Part shown: piece by piece, positions 34,552 to 43,568 of the stretch
Layout: the number at the start of each line of letters is the position of its first letter
Numbering within the stretch: position 1 is the stretch's first letter
NCBI GenBank assembly: GCA_046596135.1
Contig: JBKJMX010000028.1
Coordinates: 10,035 to 74,034, forward strand
Length of the DNA stretch: 64,000 nt
Source of the DNA: Gemmatimonadales bacterium
GTDB lineage: Bacteria > Gemmatimonadota > Gemmatimonadetes > Gemmatimonadales > GWC2-71-9
Reading direction: 5' to 3'
Program-made: the position numbers and the translations under genes
The notes under the pieces: model-generated
Database searches by the model: none
The model's input: only the letters and a program-made list of their open reading frames with translations
Told to the model about the DNA's origin: nothing

Positions 34552-37500
34552 TCAGCCGCCCATTGCCTCCGACACAATCCGCGCCTGCTCGGCCTTGTGC
34601 GCCCCCGGATAGCCCTCGGCGGGCGAGGCCCGTTCGGGGCGTCCCACGTAGCGGAGCTGCACCCCGTCGCCTAGCGCCGCTCGGAGGCGGGGCTCGACGA
34701 ACGTCCACCCGCCCATGTTGCGCGGCTCCTCCTGAGCCCACACCACCTCAGTGACGGCCGGGTACCGATCGAGCAGCTCACGGAGCTCCTGCTCCGGAAA
34801 CGGATAGAGCTGTTCGACCCGGACCACGGGCACCGCGCCATCGCCCGCCTCGTCCATCAGGTCGTAATAGACCTTGCCGCTGCAGAGCACGATCGTCTTC
34901 GCCTTCGCGGCGTCGTCATTGGATCGCCCATCATCGATCACAGTATGGAATCGGCCGTTCGCCAGGTCGTCGAGCGAAGAACTTGCGGCCGGGAGTCGCA
35001 GGAGCGACTTCGGGGTCATGATCACGAGCGGGCGCTGCATCGACCAGCGCGCCTGGCGACGGAGCACGTGGAAGTACTGCGCCGACGTGGAGCAGTTCAC
35101 CACCCGCATGTTCCCCTCGGCGGACGACTGCAGGAACCGCTCGACCCGCCCACTTGAGTGCTCCGGGCCCTGTCCCTCGTAGCCGTGGGGCAGCAGCAGC
35201 GTGAGGCGTGACGTGACGCCCCACTTGCTGTACCCTGCCGCCATGAACTGGTCGAGTATCACCTGCGCACCGTTGACGAAATCGCCGAACTGTGCCTCCC
35301 ACAGCACCAGAGCTTCTGGGGCCGCGGCGGCGTAACCGTACTCGAACCCGATCGCGGCGAGTTCCGACAGCGGCGAGTTGTACGCCTCGATGGGCGCCTG
35401 CGCACCGGGTAGCGACTGCAGCGGGGCCCACTGTGCGTTCGTGTTGACGTCGTGCAGCATGAGGTGACGGTGCGAGAAGGTGCCGCGTTCGACATCCTGG
35501 CCGGTGAGCCGTAGAGGCGTGCCTTCGACCAGCAGGGACGCAAACGCCAGGGCCTCGGCGTGGCCCCACTCGATCCCGTGCGCATCCTGCAGCGTGCCTC
35601 GCCGCCGCTCGAGCTGTCGGGCAAGCTTGGGATGCACCGCGAACCCTGCCGGAAACGCCAGGAGTTGCTCGTTGAGTGCGGTGAGCGTCTCGGCATCGAC
35701 GGCGGTGTCGGTGTACTCGACCGAACCGGGTTCGCGCGGCGTCTCTTCGCGGGGGCGATTGCTTGCCAACGACGCCTTGAACGATGTCTGGGTCTCGACG
35801 AAGTGCTGGTACATCGCCTCGGCCATCGCATCGCCCTCACCAGCGGCGATCGTTCCCTCCGCCTCGAGGGCTGTCGCGTAGCGCTGGCGCACCGTGGGCA
35901 GGTCACGAATCCGATTGTACATCGTCGGCTGGGTGTAGCTGGGCTCATCGCCCTCGTTGTGCCCATGACGGCGATAGCCGACAAGGTCGATCACCACGTC
36001 ATCCTGGAAGGTGATGCGATATGCCATCGCGAGCTCGATCGCCGAGAGGCACGCCTCGGGGTCGTCGGCGTTGACATGGATGATCGGGATGTCGAACCCC
36101 TTCGCGAGGTCAGACGCATATCGGGTCGAACGCGCCTCGCCCGGGTCGGTGGTGAAGCCGACCTGGTTGTTGGCGATCAGGTGCACCGTGCCGCCGGTGC
36201 GGTAGCCGTCGAGTCCGCCGAGGTTGAGCGTTTCAGCCACGATGCCTTGCCCGGGGAATGCGGCGTCGCCGTGGATCACCACCGGCAGCGCGATCGTTGA
36301 GTCGAAATGCGCATCGCGTCCGCGACGGTTGGTCTGCAGCGCGCGGGTACGACCATCGACCACCGCGCCGACGAACTCCAGGTGGCTCGGGTTGGGCAGC
36401 AGCGTCACGCCCAATGACCTGCCATTCCGCGCCGCATACGCTCCCTGCGCCCCGGCGTGGTACTTGACGTCGCCGGTGCCACCATCCGGCGCATACGTCT
36501 GTGATTCGTGCCGCGCGCCCTCGAACTCTGCGAAGAGCGTTTCATAGGGGCGGCCGACGGAGTGCGACAGCACATTGAGCCGACCGCGGTGCGCCATGCC
36601 CAGCACCACGTCGCGCACACCCGCGTCGGATGCGATCTCGAAGGTGCGGTCGAGCATCGGCACCAGCATGTCGACGCCTTCGATCGAGAATCGCTTCTGC
36701 CCCAGGTATGCCTTGCCGAGGAAGCGCTCCAGGCCCTCGACCTGGGTGAGTCGGGCCAGCACCGCCTTCTTGTCGTCGTCGCTCAGCTTGGCGCGGTGCG
36801 CCCCCGACTCGATCTGCTCACGCAGCCACGCGCGCCGTTCGTGCGACGAGATATGCTCGACCTCATAGGCGATCGTACCGCAGTAGGTGGCGCGAAGATT
36901 TGCCAGCGCATCGGCCAGGGTGCTGCCCGGGACCGCCACACGCAGGGGTGCGGCGGGAATCGCGGCCATCACCTCTGGCGTGAGACCGACCGACGCTGGA
37001 TCGAGCGCCGGGTCGCCGACGGGCTCGGTGCCGAGCGGGTCCAGCGATGCGGCGAGGTGACCGTGGGTCCGATAGGCGTTGACCAACATCATGGCGGCGG
37101 CGACGGCGTCCCCTTGCGCCGTCGTGGCGACCGCGGAGCCCGGGATCAGCGCCGCCGGCGCGGCGGCCGTTGCGGGCGCTGCTGCGGCCGGGGCGGCACC
37201 GATCGTGATCCCAATGGCGCCTGCGACTTCCTCGTAGAAACCCTGATCGCCGCGCAGCAACTGGTCGACCAGTCGCAGGAAACTCCCCGATTCGGCACCC
37301 TGGATCACGCGGTGATCGTAGGTGCTGGTGAGCATCATCACCTTCGAGATCCCGAGCTGCCGGATCGTGGCCGTGTCGGCGGTCGCAAAGGCCGGCGGGA
37401 AGGCGATCGCGCCGGTGGCGAAGATCGTTCCCTGGCCCATCATCAATCGCGGCACCGACCCGACGGTGCCCAGTCCGCCTGGGTTGGTCAGCGTCATCGT

Positions 37501-38151
37501 GGCGCCAGCGAAATCGTCGGGCATCAGCCGGTTGTTGCGCGCCTTGTCGACGATGGTCTCATACGCGGCGAGGAACGCCGCAAAGTCCATGGTGTCGGCC
37601 TGCTTGAGTACCGGGACGACGAGGCCACGCGAGCCATCCTTCCGTTCGACGTCGACGGCCAGGCCCAGATTGACGTGCTTCGGGTCGATCCGGTAGGTGT
37701 TGCCGCCCGACAGCAGCACGCTCGTCCCCATGACCGGGAAATCCCGGCTGGCGCGAACCAGCGCCCACGCGATCAGGTGGGTGAACGAGAGCTTCTCGCT
37801 CCGACCCGCTGCCTTGAGGGCGCCATTGATCTCGGCGCGGCGGGCCTCGAGCGCCTGGACCGGCAGTTCGCGGAAGGTCGTGGCGGTGGGCATCGAGAGC
37901 GATGCGTCCATGTTCTGCGCCAACCGAAGCGGCGGTCCCTTGAGCTGGACCGCGCCCTCGGGAACCGGCGGTGCAGGCGGGTTGGGGAGGGCGGCGGGTG
38001 CCGCCGCGGTGGGCCCCGAGCCATTGCTCGTCGGTGCGGCCTCGAATGGAACGGCGGACTGGGCTTCGAGCACCGCGGTGTAGACCGCCTCGGCGGGGAT
38101 GCCGAATTCTGGCTGCTCGGGATCGATCGCTGCCACGACAAGCTCCCTCAT
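34552..38151 (-). CDS. kgd: Multifunctional 2-oxoglutarate dehydrogenase E1 with an N-terminal E2-like acyltransferase domain (Kgd/OdhA type)
   Basis: The N-terminal 2-oxoacid dehydrogenase catalytic domain ends in STYDHRVIQGAESGSFL. It is followed by a full E1o (MAHRGRLNVL, GDVKYH, HGDAAFPGQG, RHGHNEGDEP, PHGYEGQGPEHSS). No lipoyl domain is seen. Confidence 0.95.
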   Translation of the reverse strand: MRELVVAAIDPEQPEFGIPAEAVYTAVLEAQSAVPFEAAPTSNGSGPTAAAPAALPNPPAPPVPEGAVQLKGPPLRLAQNMDASLSMPTATTFRELPVQALEARRAEINGALKAAGRSEKLSFTHLIAWALVRASRDFPVMGTSVLLSGGNTYRIDPKHVNLGLAVDVERKDGSRGLVVPVLKQADTMDFAAFLAAYETIVDKARNNRLMPDDFAGATMTLTNPGGLGTVGSVPRLMMGQGTIFATGAIAFPPAFATADTATIRQLGISKVMMLTSTYDHRVIQGAESGSFLRLVDQLLRGDQGFYEEVAGAIGITIGAAPAAAAPATAAAPAALIPGSAVATTAQGDAVAAAMMLVNAYRTHGHLAASLDPLGTEPVGDPALDPASVGLTPEVMAAIPAAPLRVAVPGSTLADALANLRATYCGTIAYEVEHISSHERRAWLREQIESGAHRAKLSDDDKKAVLARLTQVEGLERFLGKAYLGQKRFSIEGVDMLVPMLDRTFEIASDAGVRDVVLGMAHRGRLNVLSHSVGRPYETLFAEFEGARHESQTYAPDGGTGDVKYHAGAQGAYAARNGRSLGVTLLPNPSHLEFVGAVVDGRTRALQTNRRGRDAHFDSTIALPVVIHGDAAFPGQGIVAETLNLGGLDGYRTGGTVHLIANNQVGFTTDPGEARSTRYASDLAKGFDIPIIHVNADDPEACLSAIELAMAYRITFQDDVVIDLVGYRRHGHNEGDEPSYTQPTMYNRIRDLPTVRQRYATALEAEGTIAAGEGDAMAEAMYQHFVETQTSFKASLASNRPREETPREPGSVEYTDTAVDAETLTALNEQLLAFPAGFAVHPKLARQLERRRGTLQDAHGIEWGHAEALAFASLLVEGTPLRLTGQDVERGTFSHRHLMLHDVNTNAQWAPLQSLPGAQAPIEAYNSPLSELAAIGFEYGYAAAAPEALVLWEAQFGDFVNGAQVILDQFMAAGYSKWGVTSRLTLLLPHGYEGQGPEHSSGRVERFLQSSAEGNMRVVNCSTSAQYFHVLRRQARWSMQRPLVIMTPKSLLRLPAASSSLDDLANGRFHTVIDDGRSNDDAAKAKTIVLCSGKVYYDLMDEAGDGAVPVVRVEQLYPFPEQELRELLDRYPAVTEVVWAQEEPRNMGGWTFVEPRLRAALGDGVQLRYVGRPERASPAEGYPGAHKAEQARIVSEAMGG

Positions 38152-38215
38152 GGGTAACGGTGCAAAGATACACGACCGCTCTCGCGCGATCCCCGGTTCC
38201 CCTTAGCTTTCAGGG

Positions 38216-39514
38216 ATGATCACCCCGCGCCCCGGCCGCCGAGCTGTTGTCATCGCCGGCCTCCGCACGCCCTTTGCCAAGGCCGGCACCACTCTCGCCG
38301 ATGCCTCTGCCACCGATCTGGCCCGTCACTGCACCCGGGAACTGCTCTACCGGAGCGAGCTACCCGGGAACGAGGTGGATGAGGTCATCTACGGACAGGT
38401 GGTGGTGTCGCCGCTGGTCGGTAATGTCGCGCGCGAGATCGCGCTACTGCCACAGATGCCGCGCACCGTGCCGGGCTACTCGCTCAACCGCGCATGTGCA
38501 TCGGGTGCGCAGGCGATATGCAACGCCACCGACCAGATCATCGCGGGGCATGCCGACGTGGTCCTGGCCGGCGGTGTCGAGACGCTGTCCGACGTGCCGA
38601 TCCTGCACACCCGCCGCTTTGCACGCACGCTCGTCGCGGCGAGCAAGGCGCGGTCACTCGGCGCGCGACTCAGCGCGTTCGCATCGGTCCGGCCGCGCGA
38701 CCTCAAGCCGGTGTCACCGGCGATCGCCGAGCCCTCGACCGGCGAATCGATGGGGCAATCGGCGGAGAAGATGGCCAAGGAGAACGGCATCACCCGCGAG
38801 GCACAGGATGCGTACGCGCTGATGAGCCACCAGCGCGCGGCGGCGGGCACGGCCGACGGTCGCCTCACCGACGAGATCGTCCCGTGGTTCGGCGGTCGCG
38901 ACATGGACCAGGTGGTCAGCGCGGACAACCTGATCCGTCCGGACACCATGCTGGAGCAACTGTCGAAGCTCAAGCCGGTGTTCGACCGACGCTACGGCAG
39001 CGTGACCGCCGGCAACGCATCGCCGCTCACCGACGGCGCAGCGACGGTGATCATGATGAGCGAGGAGAAGGCAGCCGCGCTTGGTTACCGCCCGCTGGTA
39101 GCGGTGCGGAGCTACGCGGTGGCAGCGGTCGATCCGGGTTGGCAGTTGCTGATGGGGCCCGCGTACGCCGTGCCGACAGCGCTGCGACGCGCGGGCATCA
39201 CCTGGCAGCATCTCGGACTCGTGGAGATTCACGAGGCATTTGCTTCACAGGTCCTGTCGAACGTACAGGCTTGGGGTTCGCCCGAATGGGCCCGCCGGCT
39301 CGGGCTCAGCGGCCCGGTGGGCGAGGTCGACTGGAGCCGAACCAACGTGATGGGCGGCAGCATCGCGATCGGTCATCCGTTCGCCGCAACGGGTGCGCGG
39401 ATCGTCACCACGCTGGCGAACGAGATGGTGCGCCGCGACGTGGAGTTCGGGCTCGTCTCGATCTGTGCACAGGGTGGGATGGGATACGCGATGGTGCTGG
39501 AGCGTGTGGCATGA
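38216..39514 (+). CDS. fadA: Acetyl-CoA C-acyltransferase (3-ketoacyl-CoA thiolase)
   Basis: Active-site region SLNRACASGAQAI, plus NASPLTDGAA and the C-terminal GGSIAIGHPFAATGAR...CAQGGMG. Confidence 0.9.
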   Translation: MITPRPGRRAVVIAGLRTPFAKAGTTLADASATDLARHCTRELLYRSELPGNEVDEVIYGQVVVSPLVGNVAREIALLPQMPRTVPGYSLNRACASGAQAICNATDQIIAGHADVVLAGGVETLSDVPILHTRRFARTLVAASKARSLGARLSAFASVRPRDLKPVSPAIAEPSTGESMGQSAEKMAKENGITREAQDAYALMSHQRAAAGTADGRLTDEIVPWFGGRDMDQVVSADNLIRPDTMLEQLSKLKPVFDRRYGSVTAGNASPLTDGAATVIMMSEEKAAALGYRPLVAVRSYAVAAVDPGWQLLMGPAYAVPTALRRAGITWQHLGLVEIHEAFASQVLSNVQAWGSPEWARRLGLSGPVGEVDWSRTNVMGGSIAIGHPFAATGARIVTTLANEMVRRDVEFGLVSICAQGGMGYAMVLERVA

Positions 39515-41652
39515 CCGCCGCATTCCGCACCGAGCAGCGCGACCGCGTGGCGGTCGTCACCTTCGACCTGCCGTTCGAGCCCGTCAACAAGCTCAGCAAG
39601 GCCGTGGGCTGGGAACTCGAAGAAGTCCTGCGCGGACTCGATGCCGACGAACAGGTTCAAGCCATTGTGTTGCGGTCGGGGAAGCCCGACACCTTCATCG
39701 CCGGTGCCGATATCGAGGAGTTCCTGCAGCTTCGCTCGGTCGAGGAAGCGGTGCGGCTCTCGCGGGATGGGCAACTGCTAATGCAGGCCGTGGCCGACTC
39801 GAAGACGCCGGTGGTCGCCGCGATTCACGGTGCGTGCATGGGCGGCGGGCTCGAGCTTGCGCTCGCCTGCCGCTACCGGATCGCAACCGACCACCCCAAG
39901 ACCAATCTCGGACTCCCCGAAACGCAGCTCGGCCTGATCCCCGGCGCCGGCGGTTCGAACCGCCTTCCGCGATTGGTTGGCGTACGGGCCGCGCTCGACA
40001 TGATCCTCACCGGCAAGCCGGTGGCGGCGCGCAAGGCACTGCGCATCGGGCTCATCGACGAGATGGTTCCGGAATCGATCCTGCTCGACACGGCGATCGC
40101 CGCAGCCAACCGCATCGCGGGTGGATGGGCGCCGAAGCGCGGCGGGCGCGGGTTCGTGGCCGCGGCGGTCGACGGCACACCGCTCGGACGACTCGTCGTC
40201 TATCGCAAGGCGCGCGAGGGAGTCGACGCCAAGTCGGGCGGCAACTATCCGGCGTTGCGGCGTGCAATCGAAGTGGTGCGCTGCTCGATGGAAGACGGGA
40301 TGGCGAAGGGGCTCGTGGCCGAGGCGCAGGCGTTCGGTGAACTCGCGATGACCGATGTCTCCCAACGCCTGGTCGAGATCTTCTTTGCGACCAACGCGCT
40401 CAAGAAGGATGACGGTGTCCCCGCAGGCACCGGGCGCGCGCGCCCGGTGCACCGTCTCGGCGTGATCGGCAGCGGTTTCATGGGAGCCGGCATTGCCGGG
40501 ACGGCGGCGCTGGTGGCCGGCGTCGAGGTCCGAATGAAGGACTCCGACCTGGCGCGCGTCGGGCGCGGCGTGAAGATCGCGATCGATGTGCTGGCTGAGC
40601 GACTCAAGCGCCGCCGACTCACGCGCTGGGAGTTCGAGCGCCAGAAGGCGCTGATTTCCGGCACCGGTGGCTACGACGGTTTCGGGCGCACCGAAATGGT
40701 GATCGAGGCGGTGTTCGAGGAACTGGGCGTCAAGCGACAGGTCCTCGCCGAGATCGAAGCGGCGGTCCCAGCCACCACCGTAATCGGCACCAACACCTCG
40801 ACGATCCCGATCGGTGACATCGCCGCCGAGGCTCGGCACGCCGAACGCGTGCTGGGGATGCACTTCTTCTCGCCGGTGGCGCGGATGCCGCTGCTTGAGG
40901 TCATCCCGACCGATCGTACCAGTGTCGATGCGCTCGTGACGGCGGTGCAGTTCGGGCGACGGATGGGGAAGACGGTGATCGTGGTGGCCGATTCACCTGG
41001 GTTCTGGGTGAACCGCATCCTGTCGCCGTACCTCAACGAGGCCGGATTCCTGCTCGAGGAGGGCGTGCCGATCGACGTGCTCGACCGCGTGATGACCAAC
41101 TGGGGGTTCCCGGTAGGGCCAGCGGCATTGTTCGATGAGGTCGGACTCGACGTGGCCGAGAAGGCGGGAAAGGTGATGCACGAGGCGTTTGGCGATCGCC
41201 TCACACCATCACGGGTGATCAGCGTGATGCGTTCCGATGATCGGATGGGGCGCAAGAACGGGCGGGGCTTCTATTTCTACAAGGATGGGCACAAGAGCGG
41301 TGCCGATGCCAGTGTCTTTCAGTTGCTGGGCGTGCGTCCGCAGGGCGAGGTCGACGAGCAGCGGGTACAGGACCGACTCGTGTTCGCCATGCTCAATGAG
41401 GCGGCGCTCGCGATGAGCGAGGGCGTGGTGCGCACGCCGCGCGACGCGGACATCGGCGCGATCTTCGGGATCGGCTATCCGCCATTCCGGGGAGGCCCGT
41501 TGCGCACGCTGGACGGGATGGGTGCCGCTGAGATCGTGGCTCGGCTCGAGCGACTCGCGGGACAATGCGGACCACGCTTCTCACCGGCACCGGTGCTCGA
41601 GGAGATGGCGCGGACGGGGGGACGCTGGTACCCGTCCAGCAACGCCCGCTGA
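39511..41652 (+). CDS. fadB: Fatty-acid oxidation complex alpha subunit (enoyl-CoA hydratase / 3-hydroxyacyl-CoA dehydrogenase, FadB/FadJ type)
   Basis: Crotonase region (AAIHGACMGGGLELALAC, GLPETQLGLIPGAGG) followed by a Rossmann HACD domain (VIGSGFMGAGIA). ATG 39511 overlaps the fadA stop (ATGA). The upstream part of track ORF 38494.. is out-of-frame overlap with fadA. Confidence 0.9.
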   Translation: MTAAFRTEQRDRVAVVTFDLPFEPVNKLSKAVGWELEEVLRGLDADEQVQAIVLRSGKPDTFIAGADIEEFLQLRSVEEAVRLSRDGQLLMQAVADSKTPVVAAIHGACMGGGLELALACRYRIATDHPKTNLGLPETQLGLIPGAGGSNRLPRLVGVRAALDMILTGKPVAARKALRIGLIDEMVPESILLDTAIAAANRIAGGWAPKRGGRGFVAAAVDGTPLGRLVVYRKAREGVDAKSGGNYPALRRAIEVVRCSMEDGMAKGLVAEAQAFGELAMTDVSQRLVEIFFATNALKKDDGVPAGTGRARPVHRLGVIGSGFMGAGIAGTAALVAGVEVRMKDSDLARVGRGVKIAIDVLAERLKRRRLTRWEFERQKALISGTGGYDGFGRTEMVIEAVFEELGVKRQVLAEIEAAVPATTVIGTNTSTIPIGDIAAEARHAERVLGMHFFSPVARMPLLEVIPTDRTSVDALVTAVQFGRRMGKTVIVVADSPGFWVNRILSPYLNEAGFLLEEGVPIDVLDRVMTNWGFPVGPAALFDEVGLDVAEKAGKVMHEAFGDRLTPSRVISVMRSDDRMGRKNGRGFYFYKDGHKSGADASVFQLLGVRPQGEVDEQRVQDRLVFAMLNEAALAMSEGVVRTPRDADIGAIFGIGYPPFRGGPLRTLDGMGAAEIVARLERLAGQCGPRFSPAPVLEEMARTGGRWYPSSNAR

Positions 41653-41669
41653 GCGCCATCCGTCGTCCG

Positions 41670-42641
41670 TTGACCGCCTTCGTGGTCACGGCGGCACTGG
41701 TATGGTGGATCGCTCGGCGCAGCGACGTATTCTATGTGATCGGCCTCGACGGGCCGGCGTCGGCCGTGGTCGGACCGCTCCTGCCGGCGATCGCCGCGGG
41801 TGTCACCGGCGCCCTCGTCCTCTCGTTGCTCGAGGCGGGTGCGGGCAGGCTGGCAGGAGTGGTGGGCGCACTGGCGGTAGTGCTCCTCCCGGCGTTCGTC
41901 GACGTGCACCGCGAATCGGTGCGCGGGCCCCCGCTGCTCGCCCTGATGCTGTTCATGATCGCGGTGATGGTTCACGCGCCACGATTCTCGTTCGCGTACG
42001 GTGGCCTCGCTGCGGTGATGGCGGTCTTCATCTCGCCGGCGGCCATCGGGCTGCCGGTCGCTGCGGCGATCTGGACGGTGATTCACGCGCAGCGACGAGG
42101 GAGGCGACGCTGGCGCCGCATGGGTCTCGCGCTGGCGCCGCTCGCGGTGGCCTTCGCGGTGCTCCCATGGGTGGGAACCGACGCATGGCCCCCAGGCGTA
42201 TCCCTTGGCTGGAGGGGACATGTTGACGGGGCACTGGGCGCAATCGGCCGTGTCCTGGGCGACCATCTGGCCCCGGGCGTGAGGGTTGGTGGGTTGCGCT
42301 GGCTCATCGTCGCCGACATGACGCTGATTGTCCTTGCGCTGCTGGCGGTCACATGGAGACGAGTTGTTCGCCCGATGCCAACGGTCCGGACCGCCCGCCA
42401 GCTCTTCGAGGCACTGGGTATCACCACGGCCTGCCATGCCGCAGGAATGATTGCGAGGTCGTTGCTGGTGCGCGGTGCGCCGAATCCCGCGTTGGCGGAG
42501 GTCTTCCCGCTTGTGGTGATCCTCACCGTCATGGTGGTCCTCGGCATGTCACTCTCCTGGCCCGGCTGGAGCCGGGCTGGAAAGTTGCTCTCCCTCGCGC
42601 TGGCCCTCGGATGGGCGGGCGCCTCGCTCGTCCTTCGCTGA
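41670..42641 (+). CDS. Hypothetical polytopic membrane protein (start uncertain)
   Basis: About 8 hydrophobic helices. The track ORF starts at 41565 inside fadB. The in-frame TTG at 41670, after the fadB stop, is taken as the plausible start. Confidence 0.55.
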   Translation: MTAFVVTAALVWWIARRSDVFYVIGLDGPASAVVGPLLPAIAAGVTGALVLSLLEAGAGRLAGVVGALAVVLLPAFVDVHRESVRGPPLLALMLFMIAVMVHAPRFSFAYGGLAAVMAVFISPAAIGLPVAAAIWTVIHAQRRGRRRWRRMGLALAPLAVAFAVLPWVGTDAWPPGVSLGWRGHVDGALGAIGRVLGDHLAPGVRVGGLRWLIVADMTLIVLALLAVTWRRVVRPMPTVRTARQLFEALGITTACHAAGMIARSLLVRGAPNPALAEVFPLVVILTVMVVLGMSLSWPGWSRAGKLLSLALALGWAGASLVLR

Positions 42642-42650
42642 GCAGGTGAC

Positions 42651-43559
42651 ATGACGGAGCCAGTGGTCCGCAACGCAAACGTGGCCGACGTGCCGGTGAT
42701 TCGCCGCTTCATTGCGGCGCTCGCCGACTATGAACGCCTGGGCGACCAGTGTGTCGCTACCGAGGCGGATGTGCGCACGTCGTTGTTCGGCGCCGAACCG
42801 GCGGCGGAGGTGCTGATCGCCGAGGTGGACGGCGCACCGGCAGGCTTCGCACTCTTCCACCACAATTACTCGACCTTCCTGGCAAAACAGGGCATCTGGC
42901 TGGAGGATCTCTTCGTCGATCCCGCGTTCCGCGGGCATGGCGTGGGCAAGCGCCTGCTGAGGCGGCTCGCGGCCATTGCGCGGGAACGCGGCTGTGCGCG
43001 GATCAAGTGGTCGGTGCTCGACTGGAATGAACTCGCGATTGGATTCTATCACTCGATCGGCGCGGAGCCGGCGCACGGCTGGACTGACTTCCGGTTGTCG
43101 GGTGACGCACTCGCGGCGATGGCCGGTGCCGACCCGCCGCCCGCCGCGGCGCGGAACACCGGATCGCATCCATCGATTCCGCAGATGGGTGGCGCGGAAC
43201 GCCGCATCATGGTGGTTGACGACAGCCGTGACGCCGCCGACAGTCTCGGCACGATCCTCGAGTTGATGGGCGCAACCGTACGAGTGGTGTATGACGGTGC
43301 CAGCGCCCTTGATGCGCTCGACACTTTTCGTCCACACGCCGCGCTGCTCGACATCGGGATGCCGGGGATGGACGGATACGAGGTCGCACGGCAGATGCGA
43401 CAGCGCGCTGGTCAGGACAGCCTCCGTCTCGTGGCCCTCACCGGCTGGGGTCAGGACGAGGCCCGCAAGCTTTCTCGCGAGGTGGGGTTCGACGATCACT
43501 GGGTGAAGCCTGTTGACCCGCAGACGCTGATGGGCCTGTTCGGGGCCGAACCACGGTAG
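42651..43559 (+). CDS. GNAT N-acetyltransferase fused to a C-terminal response-regulator receiver domain
   Basis: GNAT motif A region LEDLFVDPAFRGHGVGKRLLRRL. After a Pro/Ala linker comes the REC domain (IMVVDDSRD...LLDIGMPGMDGYEV...LVALTGWG...KPVD). Confidence 0.85.
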   Translation: MTEPVVRNANVADVPVIRRFIAALADYERLGDQCVATEADVRTSLFGAEPAAEVLIAEVDGAPAGFALFHHNYSTFLAKQGIWLEDLFVDPAFRGHGVGKRLLRRLAAIARERGCARIKWSVLDWNELAIGFYHSIGAEPAHGWTDFRLSGDALAAMAGADPPPAAARNTGSHPSIPQMGGAERRIMVVDDSRDAADSLGTILELMGATVRVVYDGASALDALDTFRPHAALLDIGMPGMDGYEVARQMRQRAGQDSLRLVALTGWGQDEARKLSREVGFDDHWVKPVDPQTLMGLFGAEPR

Positions 43560-43568
43560 GGGCATGAC

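Noticed and set aside
36508-38157. A 549-aa plus-strand ORF and other ORFs opposite kgd.
   Set aside because: They are shadow ORFs antisense to a clearly conserved E1o/E2 gene.
38494-39510. The N-terminal 339 codons of the 1052-aa track ORF 38494..41652.
   Set aside because: This stretch lies out of frame within fadA and has Arg/Gly-rich shadow composition. FadB homology begins at ATG 39511, which overlaps the fadA stop.
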